DNA of 64,000 nt, from assembly GCA_040954595.2 (NCBI GenBank), contig CM082581.2, positions 4,766,699-4,830,698 on the forward strand, in the 5' to 3' direction. This document shows, piece by piece, positions 52,494 to 64,000 of this stretch. Position 1 is the stretch's first letter; each line of letters opens with the position of its first letter. The notes under the pieces are model-generated. The model was not told the DNA's origin. It saw only the letters and a program-made list of their open reading frames with translations, and searched no databases. The stretch is from Balanoglossus misakiensis (lineage: Eukaryota > Animalia > Hemichordata). A program made the position numbers and the translations under genes.

Positions 52494-52625
52494 TATATAT
52501 AAGCAGGGCTCTGTTCTTGGCACTACTGTTCACTGTCTACACACCAACTATTCGCAACAATGACGCCAAGTAACACCCGCGATTCAAAGCCAATGTCTGC
52601 TTCATTTAACCAAAGGAAGGTATTC
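52494..52625 (+). promoter_or_regulatory. Candidate TATA promoter plus short first coding exon
   Basis: TATATATAAG at 52494-52503, Inr-like TTCACT at ~52529, CAACA-ATG at 52560, 20 codons, then a possible donor AAG|GTATTC at 52619/52620. No downstream exon identified. Confidence 0.22.
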
Positions 52626-53678
52626 TCATGCCTGCTAGATAACTTGATAAAGCCCATTTCTGGAATAAAACGACATTGTACTATGAGCTGTTCCGGAAAC
52701 GATATTACTTTAGATGAATTTGCATATTTTAACACACAAAATAAGATGCTCGATACACCTGTGGAAAATTTAGATGATCAATCGTAATAATGTTTATCGT
52801 ATGTTCCGTGTGATACACAAGGGCGTATGAAGAATATTAGTAGTAGCGAAACTCTCTCACTCCCGTACGTTACAATACAAGTTATATTATCCTGACGTCG
52901 ATCTCTGAAAAGAAGTGTCCAGGTGTCCAAGGTAATTACACGAGTTCACTCGGTCTTTTTTCAAAAGTGAAAGTCACAGTCAAGATAAGTAATGAAAACG
53001 TTAATAATACAGCAATTACACTAATCCTTGTACTCATACACAATATGTTGGGTTGAGAATGAAAACTGAGGAAATGCGCCCAGCGGGAAATTTTAATAAA
53101 TGTGCTTTCGACACTCATATTACTTTATTATAAAGGCAAGCCTATTGACATAGACAATGAAAAACAGGAATCGCACGGAGTTTCTTGGTGAACGTATCGT
53201 ATGACTTGATGCATTGTTTGCAGAGGATAGACAACTGGTCAAGTAAATGAGTTCACATTATTACCACACGGTGCTTGGTGCAATTAGCGTCTTTGCAGGT
53301 CAGTGACTCCCAGGATTAAAAGACAGGCACAATTACGTAAATAGATCCATGACATTTACTTTCCCTTGCGGCTGAACAATACATTCATTATACAAGAACA
53401 GTACTACTGGAATAAGAAACACAGTAAATTAAATCTCGTTAGTTGCTACCTTGATTTTACGTGGAACCATCTGGCCAATTTATTGTGAATTGTCCGTTGT
53501 ATGAGAGAGTTGGTATACACGTTGGACTCGGAGCTCGAGACTAATCTCGTGCTTAAATCATTGAAATTCCAAATTAACATACGATGACATATATTCCCAC
53601 TCTAAAACTTACATGTAGCTGTCTTTAATTTGTCTGTATTGAGTCAATATATATAAAATCTGTAGGTTCGAACCATAC

Positions 53679-53681
<3 letters not shown>

Positions 53682-53728
<47 letters not shown>
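53682..53728. repeat. (CT)n microsatellite
   Basis: Direct reading. Confidence 0.98.
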
Positions 53729-53730
<2 letters not shown>

Positions 53731-54268
53731 CTGTAGAATATAAGTATACGAAAACAAGTTGTATGATGGGTACTTAGCAAGAAAAAGTTATTTGTTTATT
53801 GCATTGCAGTTGGAAATCTAAGCACAGAATTCTGTATACAAAATTTTGTTCCATATTCTTTTAATAATGTTTACTACATTACACATTTAATTTCTATCAA
53901 GCTGATGTCGGCCATTCACAACATCGACATATGAACCGGATGGTTTAAAGCCTTACATGGATGTTATCTCCTCATCTTGTACACATTGGCGTGAAACCTT
54001 CAACCTCGTGAAGTGGCAAATATGAACGCCCTCGTTAGTTGAAGCCTCTCCTCCAAGATAAGACCAAACATTATCAGGAAAGCTATAAATTGATTGCTTT
54101 CAAAGTCAAGTTAACCTTCGAAAGTCGAGTACCAGTGACTACACACACACCAAGAAGACGAACTCTCTTTTACAGACGGAAACACTACGGCTGTGTGAAG
54201 GTCAACGCAATTCGCACGCGGCGACACGTTTGACATCTATACATGTAATTGCAGGTTTAATCCTTGTT

Positions 54269-54808
54269 CTACTTTAATTGTTTATCTATTGAAACTTCAA
54301 TACAGTATTGGTTTGTTACCAGACCTAATGGATGAAGACAACGAAGGAAGACGTTGAATGCAGCAATGTTGGTTTGAAGCCGAGAAAGCCTTCGAATTTT
54401 ATACTGAACATAAAATTCTGATTTCGTAATGTACTGATTGTAATACTCAATGCAATTCCACATATTGCGGATCATCCGATAACATCGTTCATCATCAGGC
54501 AAAGGTTTTGCGCTTATTGGTGATTACTAAGCCCTTGAAAGCCAGTTGCACATCTTTCTCGAAAAACAACAGATCGGCGAGTCTCAATTCATAACCCTGT
54601 GCTTACATAAGCTTTGCGGCAGCACGATCACTTCCATAATATACACAGGGACCTTTTGTCGGTCTTACGTTATTTGCATGAATTAAACAGGATGGAAAGG
54701 CTGGTTTGAAGTTGGAATGATTTTGTCACGTAATGCGGTAATATGAGGTAGATTTAAGAAAAACTAATCAGTGGTGAACAATTTGTCTAATGCATCCATG
54801 TTGCCCAT
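54269..54808 (-). pseudogene. Possible decayed coding sequence of unknown family
   Basis: Three abutting protein-like frames with few stops: MGNMDALDKLFTTD*FFLNLPHITALRDKII / ...GPCVYYGSDRAAAKLM*AQGYELRLADLLFFEKDVQLAFKGLVITNKRK / LPDDERCYRMIRNMWNCIEYYNQYITKSEFYVQYK. Confidence 0.3.
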
Positions 54809-55020
54809 CTATACAACTTGGATACAGAAACAACTGTTACAGTAATGATATAACCATTGCGGATGTTGTGTTTATATCTGGCAATGTCTTGGGAATGGTC
54901 TAGAATGATGGGGAACGCGTGCAGCTATCTCGCTCGCTCACTCACTCACTCACTCACCGAACTCGAATATACTTTGAACGAAGTTGAAACACGCAAACTC
55001 ATATACACTTTTAGATATAT

Positions 55021-55500
55021 TGTATGTATGTATGTATGTATGTATGTATGTATGTATGTATGTATGTATGTATGTATGTATGTATGTATGTATGTATGTA
55101 TGTATGTATGTATGTATGTATGTATGTATGTATGTATGTATGTATGTATGTATGTATGTATGTATGTATGTATGTATGTATGTATGTATGTATGTACATG
55201 TATTTATGTATGTATGTATGTATGTATGTATGTATGTATGTATGTATGTATGTATGTATGTACATGTGTATGTGTATGTATGTATGTATGTATGTATGTA
55301 TGTATGTATGTATGTATGTATGTATGTATGTATGTATGTATGTATGTATGTATGTATGTATGTATGTATGTATGTATGTATGTATGTATGTATGTATGTA
55401 TGTATGTATGTATGTATGTATGTATGTATGTATGTATGTATGTATGTATGTATGTATGTATGTATGTATGTATGTATGTATGTATGTATGTATGTATGTA
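55021..55500. repeat. (TATG)n microsatellite, ~480 bp
   Basis: Direct reading. Interrupted by TACATG units at ~55195 and ~55261. Confidence 0.99.
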
Positions 55501-58500
55501 TAATATGTACACAATCCTCGGGGCTTGTGGGTTATTTTTGAAATGCAGTTAACGTTCACGGTATACACAACGCGAACTTGCCAATTTAAGAGACAGAGTT
55601 CTCGGCACCTTTAACCTGTTTCTGTATAATGTTGGATGTAAGGCGCCATTTAATCTTTACGAGACTTTAGTTGGTGTTTCGCCATGGCGCTCTGGAGAGT
55701 TAAGAGGAATACACACTATTAAGGAGGCCGTCGTGAAAATGTTCAGTTCCATAAATTTTAAGGTAGCGTCTATTCAACTTAGCGAAAGCTAATAACCGAA
55801 AGTGGGGTTAACAAAAAACCGAGCTGGATGAACTGATATAACGCGGCAGTCGTGTTATTGTTAACAGTGTGTTGGAAACAGTTTCTTACACAGAGGGTTG
55901 ACGTCACTTCGTCTCCATGCAATGATCAAGTCGAATGAAAAATAAAGATCAAAGGTATACACGAATGTATAGGGCGCTATTGGAGTCAGTGTGTTAGACT
56001 GACATTACCGTAATTGTTACATCAACATAAGTTGCAAAGTGGGTGTGCAATATATGAGGGCACGGTGGTTTCAATGCACGGGTTGATTTTCAGTCATTTT
56101 GCGAGTGAAAATGCCATAACGTACTACCCTTCGTGTTTTTGCTGTGAGATGATAGATCTTGAATTATTTATTATTTTGGTTATTCACCATCACAACGACA
56201 ACCGTTACTGCCACCGCCATTGAATCAACGTTAATCTAGTTAAACGAATGACGGCGTACAAAAGAAAACCTTGACGATGCACATGCAGTCAAGCAGCAAT
56301 ATGTTTACAACTAGCCGAAGGCGCACATGTATAAATTATCACTGTGTTATGACAAGATAATTTGGAAACGTAAATAATAAGAATGATGGCCTAAATGTTG
56401 CCAATATATCAAAGGCTTCAATTAATTATCAGATTTGCTTGTCAGAAAATGCATTCATATAATTTCATAGAGTGTTGAACAAAAGACAGATAAAAAAGGG
56501 ATTTACGAAAAGTAAAGAAGAATTTCACGATTCACTAATGCGAGAAACAGAGGTTGAGAAGAGCGCCTTTAAAGCGGATTTGAGAATGTAATTGTGTGTT
56601 ACAATCCATTGACGCTCAAATGATGATCAACCTAATTGGTATACCAACATAACCATCAAAATTACCATGATGGTCGACGTCAACGCCATGATGGAACGGA
56701 TGCACGTAGAGTGTAAATTACATTTAGTGGCAATTAAGCTTATTTCAACACATATGGTGAGTCATGCACAGTGAAAATGCTTTGGAGTCACAAACTAACA
56801 AACGCACGAAATGATCTTTACTAGTAACACACTTCCGGAGCAAGTAATTTTCTACAAAAATTGTAAGATTTAGGATATTTCCAGTTATAAAAAGATTGAA
56901 CCCCAAATTAAATGAGCTAAACAATCTTGTGAATGTTTTCAACAGCCGACATACATGTACATGTATGGATATTATCGCACATAGGATACACATGTTTACT
57001 TTTTAGAAAATTTTACCTCAATAGAGAATCCGAATAATACGGTCTTGTGGTTGTTCGAGAACTTCTGTATGTTCTTATCACAAAACATTGCTGACCTTTT
57101 TCACCTATTCCTTATTGCAAAAATAAAACTGTAGTCGTAAATATCAGCTGTTCTCAAATAAACCCAAATACATCCCCAGCTGCTGTGAGGATACGTCTCT
57201 ACACTCTCAAGTAATCCAGGAATACCTGCTGTCCGTTTTTCTGCAAAGCTCTTCATGCAGCCACTGTGGATATTGTTAGATGGCACCATTTGATTTCATG
57301 CATTTTCTCTAGTCCGTTTGCATAATACAATATCACAAGATTGTTCTACTACTTTTACTGTAAATAAAACATTGTTTTGAAACAATGATAATAAACCCGT
57401 ATTTAACCAATTCTGCGTCGAGTGTAAGCCCGACCCCTCCGATCTACACGTTGTCATACCATGATTGAGTGGGTCCTTTCTATACTCTACGATGATTCTG
57501 ACAATGTACATGTAGGCTAATTTGAGTGTAGTACACGTCATTGTTGGAAGCCGCTGTGAAAATCAAACATTTCATTGAAGACCATATGCTCCATAAACAA
57601 CTTGGGGAAATCGCTTGTCTCGTGTTCAGACGTCTCAACTGTGTCATTCTCAAAAGTGTCAATCAGTGAAATATAACAACATGCAAAAGTTAAGAGGAAG
57701 TGGTCATATTATTACAGCATTTGTTACATAGTCAAAGCTGTTAATGGCTGTACTAGAGCACCGAATGTGTATGTAGCCACCTTTGAAGATAATAACATGA
57801 GGAGTAATCGGTTCGAAAAAGTAATTTTCGGGTTTCGCGGGACGTATCACGTTACCCCAGTGTTGTTTTACATACGGGCATAACAGACTGTAGGTGAGTG
57901 AAAGATAATATTTCCCGCTCGTTTGTTCTATTACAGGTGGCGAATAACCGTACGTGTGCCGCCAAACAGAAATTAGATTTGACTTATACTTTTTACCGCT
58001 GTGCCACTGATGTCAAAAGATCAGGGTGTGTGAGTGCAGCAAATCGCTAAAAAACATAACCATAAGGAAAGCTGCCTGGCGTTTGTCGGGAGATCTTTCT
58101 CACTTCCATAACTCAATAGTCCCATTAATATACTTCGCAGTAATGCAGGAAACTGCGTTTATTTCAATTCTATAAGAGACTTCCACACTGTTATGGTAAA
58201 CGCACCTTATTATGGTGAACGTACCTCACTGTGCTTGAATTATGACCATTAGTGTCCGTTACGATTTATACAAACCTCAACAAAAGGTCGAAACCTCTCA
58301 GACGTGAAGAACGATAACATATACGCGCATAACTGCCTGTTTTATCAACTTCCATGAACTGCGGCAATCAAGTGCGATTCTTTCTTAAAATGACAAAAAC
58401 CATTTCGCTCAATACTGAAGTAGTGAGTGGCACACAATAAAATCCTTAGTCCAATCCATCGACCTAGTTTCGCCAGTACGTCGATGGTGTAGCAGATCTA

Positions 58501-61500
58501 GGTTTCTTGTCCGTTAGCGACACCAAAGCGTGCTATACGATATCGTAATTATAAATACATAAATTATTATTAATTATTTAATTATTAATTGTGAAGAGAA
58601 CATTGAAATATTTTATGCAGACTAATGTGGCAATGCCAGGTGTTCCATCAGAAGAGACTAGCAATGTTTACAGGACATTAATGTTAACTTTTTTGTATAT
58701 TCTGTAAGTGGTTTGTTCCATACATTCATGTGTACAACGACCATTCACCAGTATTGTTGACAAATGAATTCGAGTCTCAACGCGAATTAAACCTTCAGTC
58801 ATATCAATGGGTAGTAGGCTACGACATTCATGAAGAAATTAATGGACATATTATGATCATACCCTGAACAACGACCCGTAAATATAGGATTTAGTTAACA
58901 TTACAGAAGAATGCGCTGAGAGAACTAAAGTTGGGATTCACCAAGCAATCAAAAACCTATAAAATCACGCCCATGTGATCGGAAAAAGAAAAGTCTGTGA
59001 GCATTACGTTCAACTGAAAATAACTGCAAAGATACAATGTATGTATTGGTCAATATGCTACTAAAACCCATGGGATAACCTAAATTAAACAACACAGGAG
59101 GTAATGTTTTACACACCGGATGGGGGGGGGGTATTTTCAACAGCGTCCAATTAGTCAAAACGCACATCGGTTCCGTATTCCATTCATAGACAGCCGTGGT
59201 CTTTCGATGATATGTTCCAAAAACCAATAGGTGGCTTGTCTGTCATCTATACAATATATTCACATTATGCATACTATTGAATTGTGCTTCCTGCTGTCGG
59301 ATTACTAATTACTCAAAGTGTGTGCTCTGCTGTGTGGCAACGATAGTATCGTTGTAGTTGCCTAATACATTACATTGTACATGTATGGTATGTCTTTCCT
59401 GAAATGGAAATTGTCACTGCGTTTCCCTTTCCAAGCGCAGTTATTGATCTAAATGCAGTGCATATGGCTGTTCGTTTTAGTTGAAAAGCGAGCGCAAAAT
59501 CGCGGAATGTACTTTTGTGATGTCGCAGTAACCTTAATAATCAGTTGTCCCCGAGTTTTGAGAACAGATCTTGTAATGTTCTTCAATTTTTCATGATAGC
59601 CCGAACGCCTGAATTATAGTCTGATGTCTTTTGTCCTCATATTCGACTAAGTCAGATTCCAACTTAAATATTTCATGGCAGACCGGTGTCTGTAGGTCAT
59701 CTTCTATTGGCAATGCAAGGAAAAATATGCAACAAGAAAACGTAATAAGTTCGCATAAAGAGGCATTCGTACAAATGTCAAACACAAAGGCTTATGTACA
59801 TGTATCTTATACGCTATGCATATAGCCGTATGTATGTGCAATTGCGTAATCCGCATCTTCAATCTCTGTTCTGTAGCCGAAAAGTTGAATTACCACAAAG
59901 CATTTAGGTATCAGTTTGGATCAGGGAAACAGGAGAAAGGGGTAATAAGGGGTATATTCAAGACACTATAGCAGGAAGACCCAATTTATGGAGGTCGATA
60001 TGCAAGTCAAAGTTGTGTGTCAAGTACAAGTACTTCAAAAAAGGCAAACAGGACAAAAATATGACCAATCAACGTTGCCTTGTACTTGAATTTGCGACTT
60101 TGCACTGTGCACAAGCAGTTCTTTAAAGTTACAGCTAGAGTAACGTCGTAGCTCGTCTTCACCAATCTCAACCTAAAGTTCTGGAGCACGACTTCTAAAA
60201 GTTTGAACATAATACCCCTTTCTGTTCACGTCTCTCTCTCTCTCTCAACACGCACTGCTTCAACTGCGCAATTGGGGTGGGGGCGCCTCTTTGTCTACTA
60301 AATTGTGACATTGTTACACTTTCAGAGATAACGTGTCGCTGGAATAAAAGAAATACGGTGTTTCTAGTTTGGCGTTTGTTGCAGGTATTTTGAATTCTGT
60401 AGTAATATGTTCCAACATCGTGTGTGCCATGCGCGGTGGTTCAAAGGCTCTGTTTGCCACAACAGGACCGTCACAGTCACGTGTGTAGTCGTTTACCCAA
60501 AGTGATTTTCATATCATGTACTTTATTTTAAAAAGTAGTGTGATTATAATGTTGTTACTGTAAATTGACTGTATTGTGGCGGGAACAATGTCGACATGGC
60601 GCTATAAAAAATAAAACTGTTTCCTGTAAACAGTTTTACAAAATGTTTTCGGACAAAAATGAGTCACATTCGTTTTACATAGTATGCTTGATGTTTATCA
60701 AGAATAATGCTAAAAATATACAACGCTTTGCTTGCAAAGAGGGGTTGCCACACAATCTGAAGTGCGTCATTGGCTTATCTCTGTCTGACTGGAATCCAAA
60801 TCTTCCCAAAGAATGACATCTCAGACACTCATAACTGTACAATATTGCTTGCCGTAAAATCCAATATTCTTTATAACCGGGTTTAATCTCAATGCGTGTG
60901 TTTGAACAACAGTCGCTTATCAGCAGTCGTTTACGGGAAATAATCCGTTGAAAGTGGTAAACGTTATCATTGTTAGAATTTCAAATCAGTGTTTACTTCA
61001 TGTTCTTGGCATACACTTAAGCGGGGTCAGACTGGAAAGAACACGAAATCCTTATATATCAGCCTCGTAAGCCATATGATAGCATTATAAGTAATCATAT
61101 GGCAGATTACCCATATACACTTTTATCAGATGGAACAAACCCTTTAGACAATATGTGATAGCCTCGCTACATATCACAATTTCACCTACATGTATAGGCG
61201 AAACTCGCCGTTTCCCCTTAAGTCGACAGGAAAATTTCTCATTTGTGATATTTACACAACCAAATTCCAGCGAGACGAAATATACATAGTAATTAAACAC
61301 ACGGCAACAGCATATACCAGTGGGAAATGTTTTAACTTTGTAAATGGTAATACTTCAAGCAGATTATTTTACTTCTCGATTTCTTGCTTCTCATTTTCGA
61401 AACCACACTGTATCATCTGTATCAAGTCATACATTTTGTATTTATGTCAGAAGAATATTCGAAACACAAGAGGAACAGTTGTTCAGATAAAATGGAAGTC

Positions 61501-61520
61501 CCCAGACTTTTTAATTTGCT

Positions 61521-61848
61521 GTGTGATGATTTCGAAAAGTAAGAAGACGACATGGTGTTCCCCGCCAAAAACTTAACATCGATTTCGACGGCTATTTTGA
61601 TTTTCACATTTGATATAATTTGAGTCGCTCATTCAAAATTTTCCTTTGGAACCCGTATTTGTTACTGACCATTTTTAAGAGAGACTATTACAAAGTTGCT
61701 TAAGCAATATATTATGAGAAATGGTTTAAGACATTGAGAAGTTGCTGTTATATTACCAGTAAAGAGTGTGATGAATCGTTTTGGAAAATTAAGAAGACAA
61801 CATAGAGTTCCCCGCCAAAAACTTCACGTCGACTCAGCGACCATTTGA
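61521..61848 (+). mobile_element. Two adjacent partial copies of the same family as 25444-25896
   Basis: 61521-61600 and 61766-61848 share GTGTGATGA...TAAGAAGAC.ACAT...GTTCCCCGCCAAAAACTT. 61587-61730 aligns with 25722-25867 (TCATTCAAAATTTT, TTTTAAGAGAGACTAT, GGTTTAA). Confidence 0.65.
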
Positions 61849-63487
61849 GGAGTTTCTGGAAAAAACTATTAAAGCAATTAATTGCGAACTCAGTGTGTTT
61901 TCCCATAAGTTTGAAAGCACGTCTGCATTATTTAAAGTGCCACTTTCCATGATTAAAATCCTGCTTTTCCAAAAATAGTTTTTTTTTCACCGTGACAGGC
62001 CTGTCAGAAATTTGCCGTACTTTAGAAGGGTAAACTTTGAATGGGCATACGACTGAAAAAAATCGTTTAAAGAAAGTACTATAACTTACTGACAATATGA
62101 CGAGGCTTTTGATTGTTGTTATGCATTTATACCTTAAATGCTCAACAAGTTTTATACTGGAAACAGCTATTTTTATTCCTTCAGATCCAAAAACATTAGA
62201 CTTAGCCTTTAAAAGTAATATAGGTATATATAAGTCTCCTACATGTAGGCAACATCAATGGGAGCTCCACAGATAGAACGGTGACAGTCACAACATAGTC
62301 AATTTACTTGAAATTGTGTTCTTACAGCGAGTTCTAATTTGTGATGGATCACGATTGCCTGTTGCAATAAGATTCCAACGCCATTATGATTAGACTGAAG
62401 TAAGCGTTACGTAACGATGACGCAGTAGTTGTCCTTGCTCAGAGAAAAACCTAATCATAAAAAGGGCACGCAGCAATTATAATCTGAAATGTGGTGCGTC
62501 AAAACGTGTGATTGTTTAGAAGATCCTGTAAAAATTGGCAATATAACCTTGAAGATGACTTCTGAACTATTCTGCGCAATAGCCAACTCATAGTGAGATG
62601 GTAACGGTTTGCTCACCAACATTGGAAAGATTTCAGTGGCCGGGGTGTGAAACAGGAGATTTTACCACTATGGCCTGGAGTCATAAAAGACCTGAAAAAC
62701 CGTAATCCCCTAAACCTATGCTATAAACGATTCAGTTGAGACCTAGCTAGATCGATCGGATTAAGCAGAATAAACCGCTTAGGTAATATGCTAAGAAAAT
62801 TAATCGCTGAAAGATAACCTGTGCAATCGGTTGACGAAAATAATACGATCGACAATCTAGGAGCGCCTTGTTATGTCGTGTGGTTCCAAGTACTTTACTG
62901 TTGGAGTGTTCACCAAGGTTTGGTTCTCCGTGTATACCGAACAGTTGTCATTTAACCTTTCCAATTGCCCTGGTCGCCAAGTTTTATCGCTGTGAATAGA
63001 CTGTTAGTACCGGTCTTTTCTTTATTTACATTCATGGCTGTTAGATGTTTTAATATTTGCTAGAATTGTGTGTGTATAAATTTAAATACCGGTGTTCCAA
63101 ACTCGAAAAGGTCAATATAACTTCTTTTCTCCGACAAGAGTGAAACACGGCAAAACAAAAACAGACCAATTTTGGCAACTTATAGCTTCAATATAAGTGC
63201 ATGTATGAGCTTTTGTAGAAAAGTACGCATGCAGCAACCAGTCATCAAAACACATAAATTGTTCATTCATTCGGTTCTTGTGCTAACGATGTCGATACTG
63301 TCAGAACGCGAATGAGAAAAATACACTTTAAAAGCTTTTTACGATTCCCAAATGAAACTTTCATATGTAACATTCAGTATATTCCCTGGAGCGTAAAAAA
63401 CAAAGTATGAAATAAATATACAACAAATTGAGATATTCAAAATAAGAAATGTATGCTTTTCGAGGGACATGTTGCTTATAAAGTATC

Positions 63488-63578
63488 CATTCATTCATTC
63501 ATTCATTCATTCATTCATTCATTCATTCATTCATTCATTCATTCATTCATTCATTCATTCATTCATTCATTCATTCAT
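63488..63578. repeat. (CATT)n microsatellite
   Basis: Direct reading. Confidence 0.98.
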
Positions 63579-64000
63579 ACTATTACAATGGTTGACTAGT
63601 TTGATGTATCTTGCAATTTATCTCGCAAGTTGCGCAACAAAAAAGATAATAATATTTACATAAGTACATCTTATCTGTCTGGTGTTATTTTTGTTTTTAG
63701 CATGCGGCGAGTTATAGGCCTGGTTGCAATTGCATTTAGCAATTATTATACTACAGACTATACCAGTATACTGTTCTTAATCTGACCAAGCTGCCACCAC
63801 ATCGACATTATATGTTTTGCAAGTGTATGTGCGCTATCTGCAAGTGCTTGTGATTGTTAAAGAGAAAGCTATGGGGATAAATGACGTATTACTAAGTAAA
63901 CGGTCAGAAAACTGATAATGGGGGAAGTAAGAAGGCTTGCGTTGAAATGACTATATAGTGTCTTTTGTGATTTGTCATTTAACAAACAATGCGAAAGGGA

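Noticed and set aside
53665-53674. GGTTCGAACC B-box (tRNA/SINE)
   Set aside because: No A-box or cloverleaf around it.
61071-61103. 10-bp perfect inverted repeat GCCATATGAT/ATCATATGGC
   Set aside because: Isolated and short, and plausible by chance or local repair.
1-64000. CRISPR array, operon or prokaryotic defence system
   Set aside because: No regularly spaced repeat-spacer units and very low coding density. The DNA is clearly eukaryotic.

Overview
This is AT-rich animal genomic DNA, roughly 38% GC by eye. The repeat style suggests a marine invertebrate deuterostome such as a hemichordate, but that is inference only. One gene is clear: an intronless class A peptide GPCR at 43516-44628 (+) from the somatostatin/allatostatin-C/MCH receptor group. 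It sits in otherwise gene-poor sequence containing a young 5'-truncated LINE, several MITEs with readable TIRs and TSDs, decayed retroelement and ORF remnants, and many microsatellites. I found no prokaryotic features, CRISPR arrays, tRNAs or rRNAs. The best leads are (i) a coding-like 173-aa orphan ORF head-to-head with the GPCR, (ii) roughly 15-fold enrichment of the palindrome TACATGTA, which is the classic Tc1 excision footprint, and (iii) mixed SSTR/MCHR signatures in the receptor. The sequence alone does not establish a new biological system.
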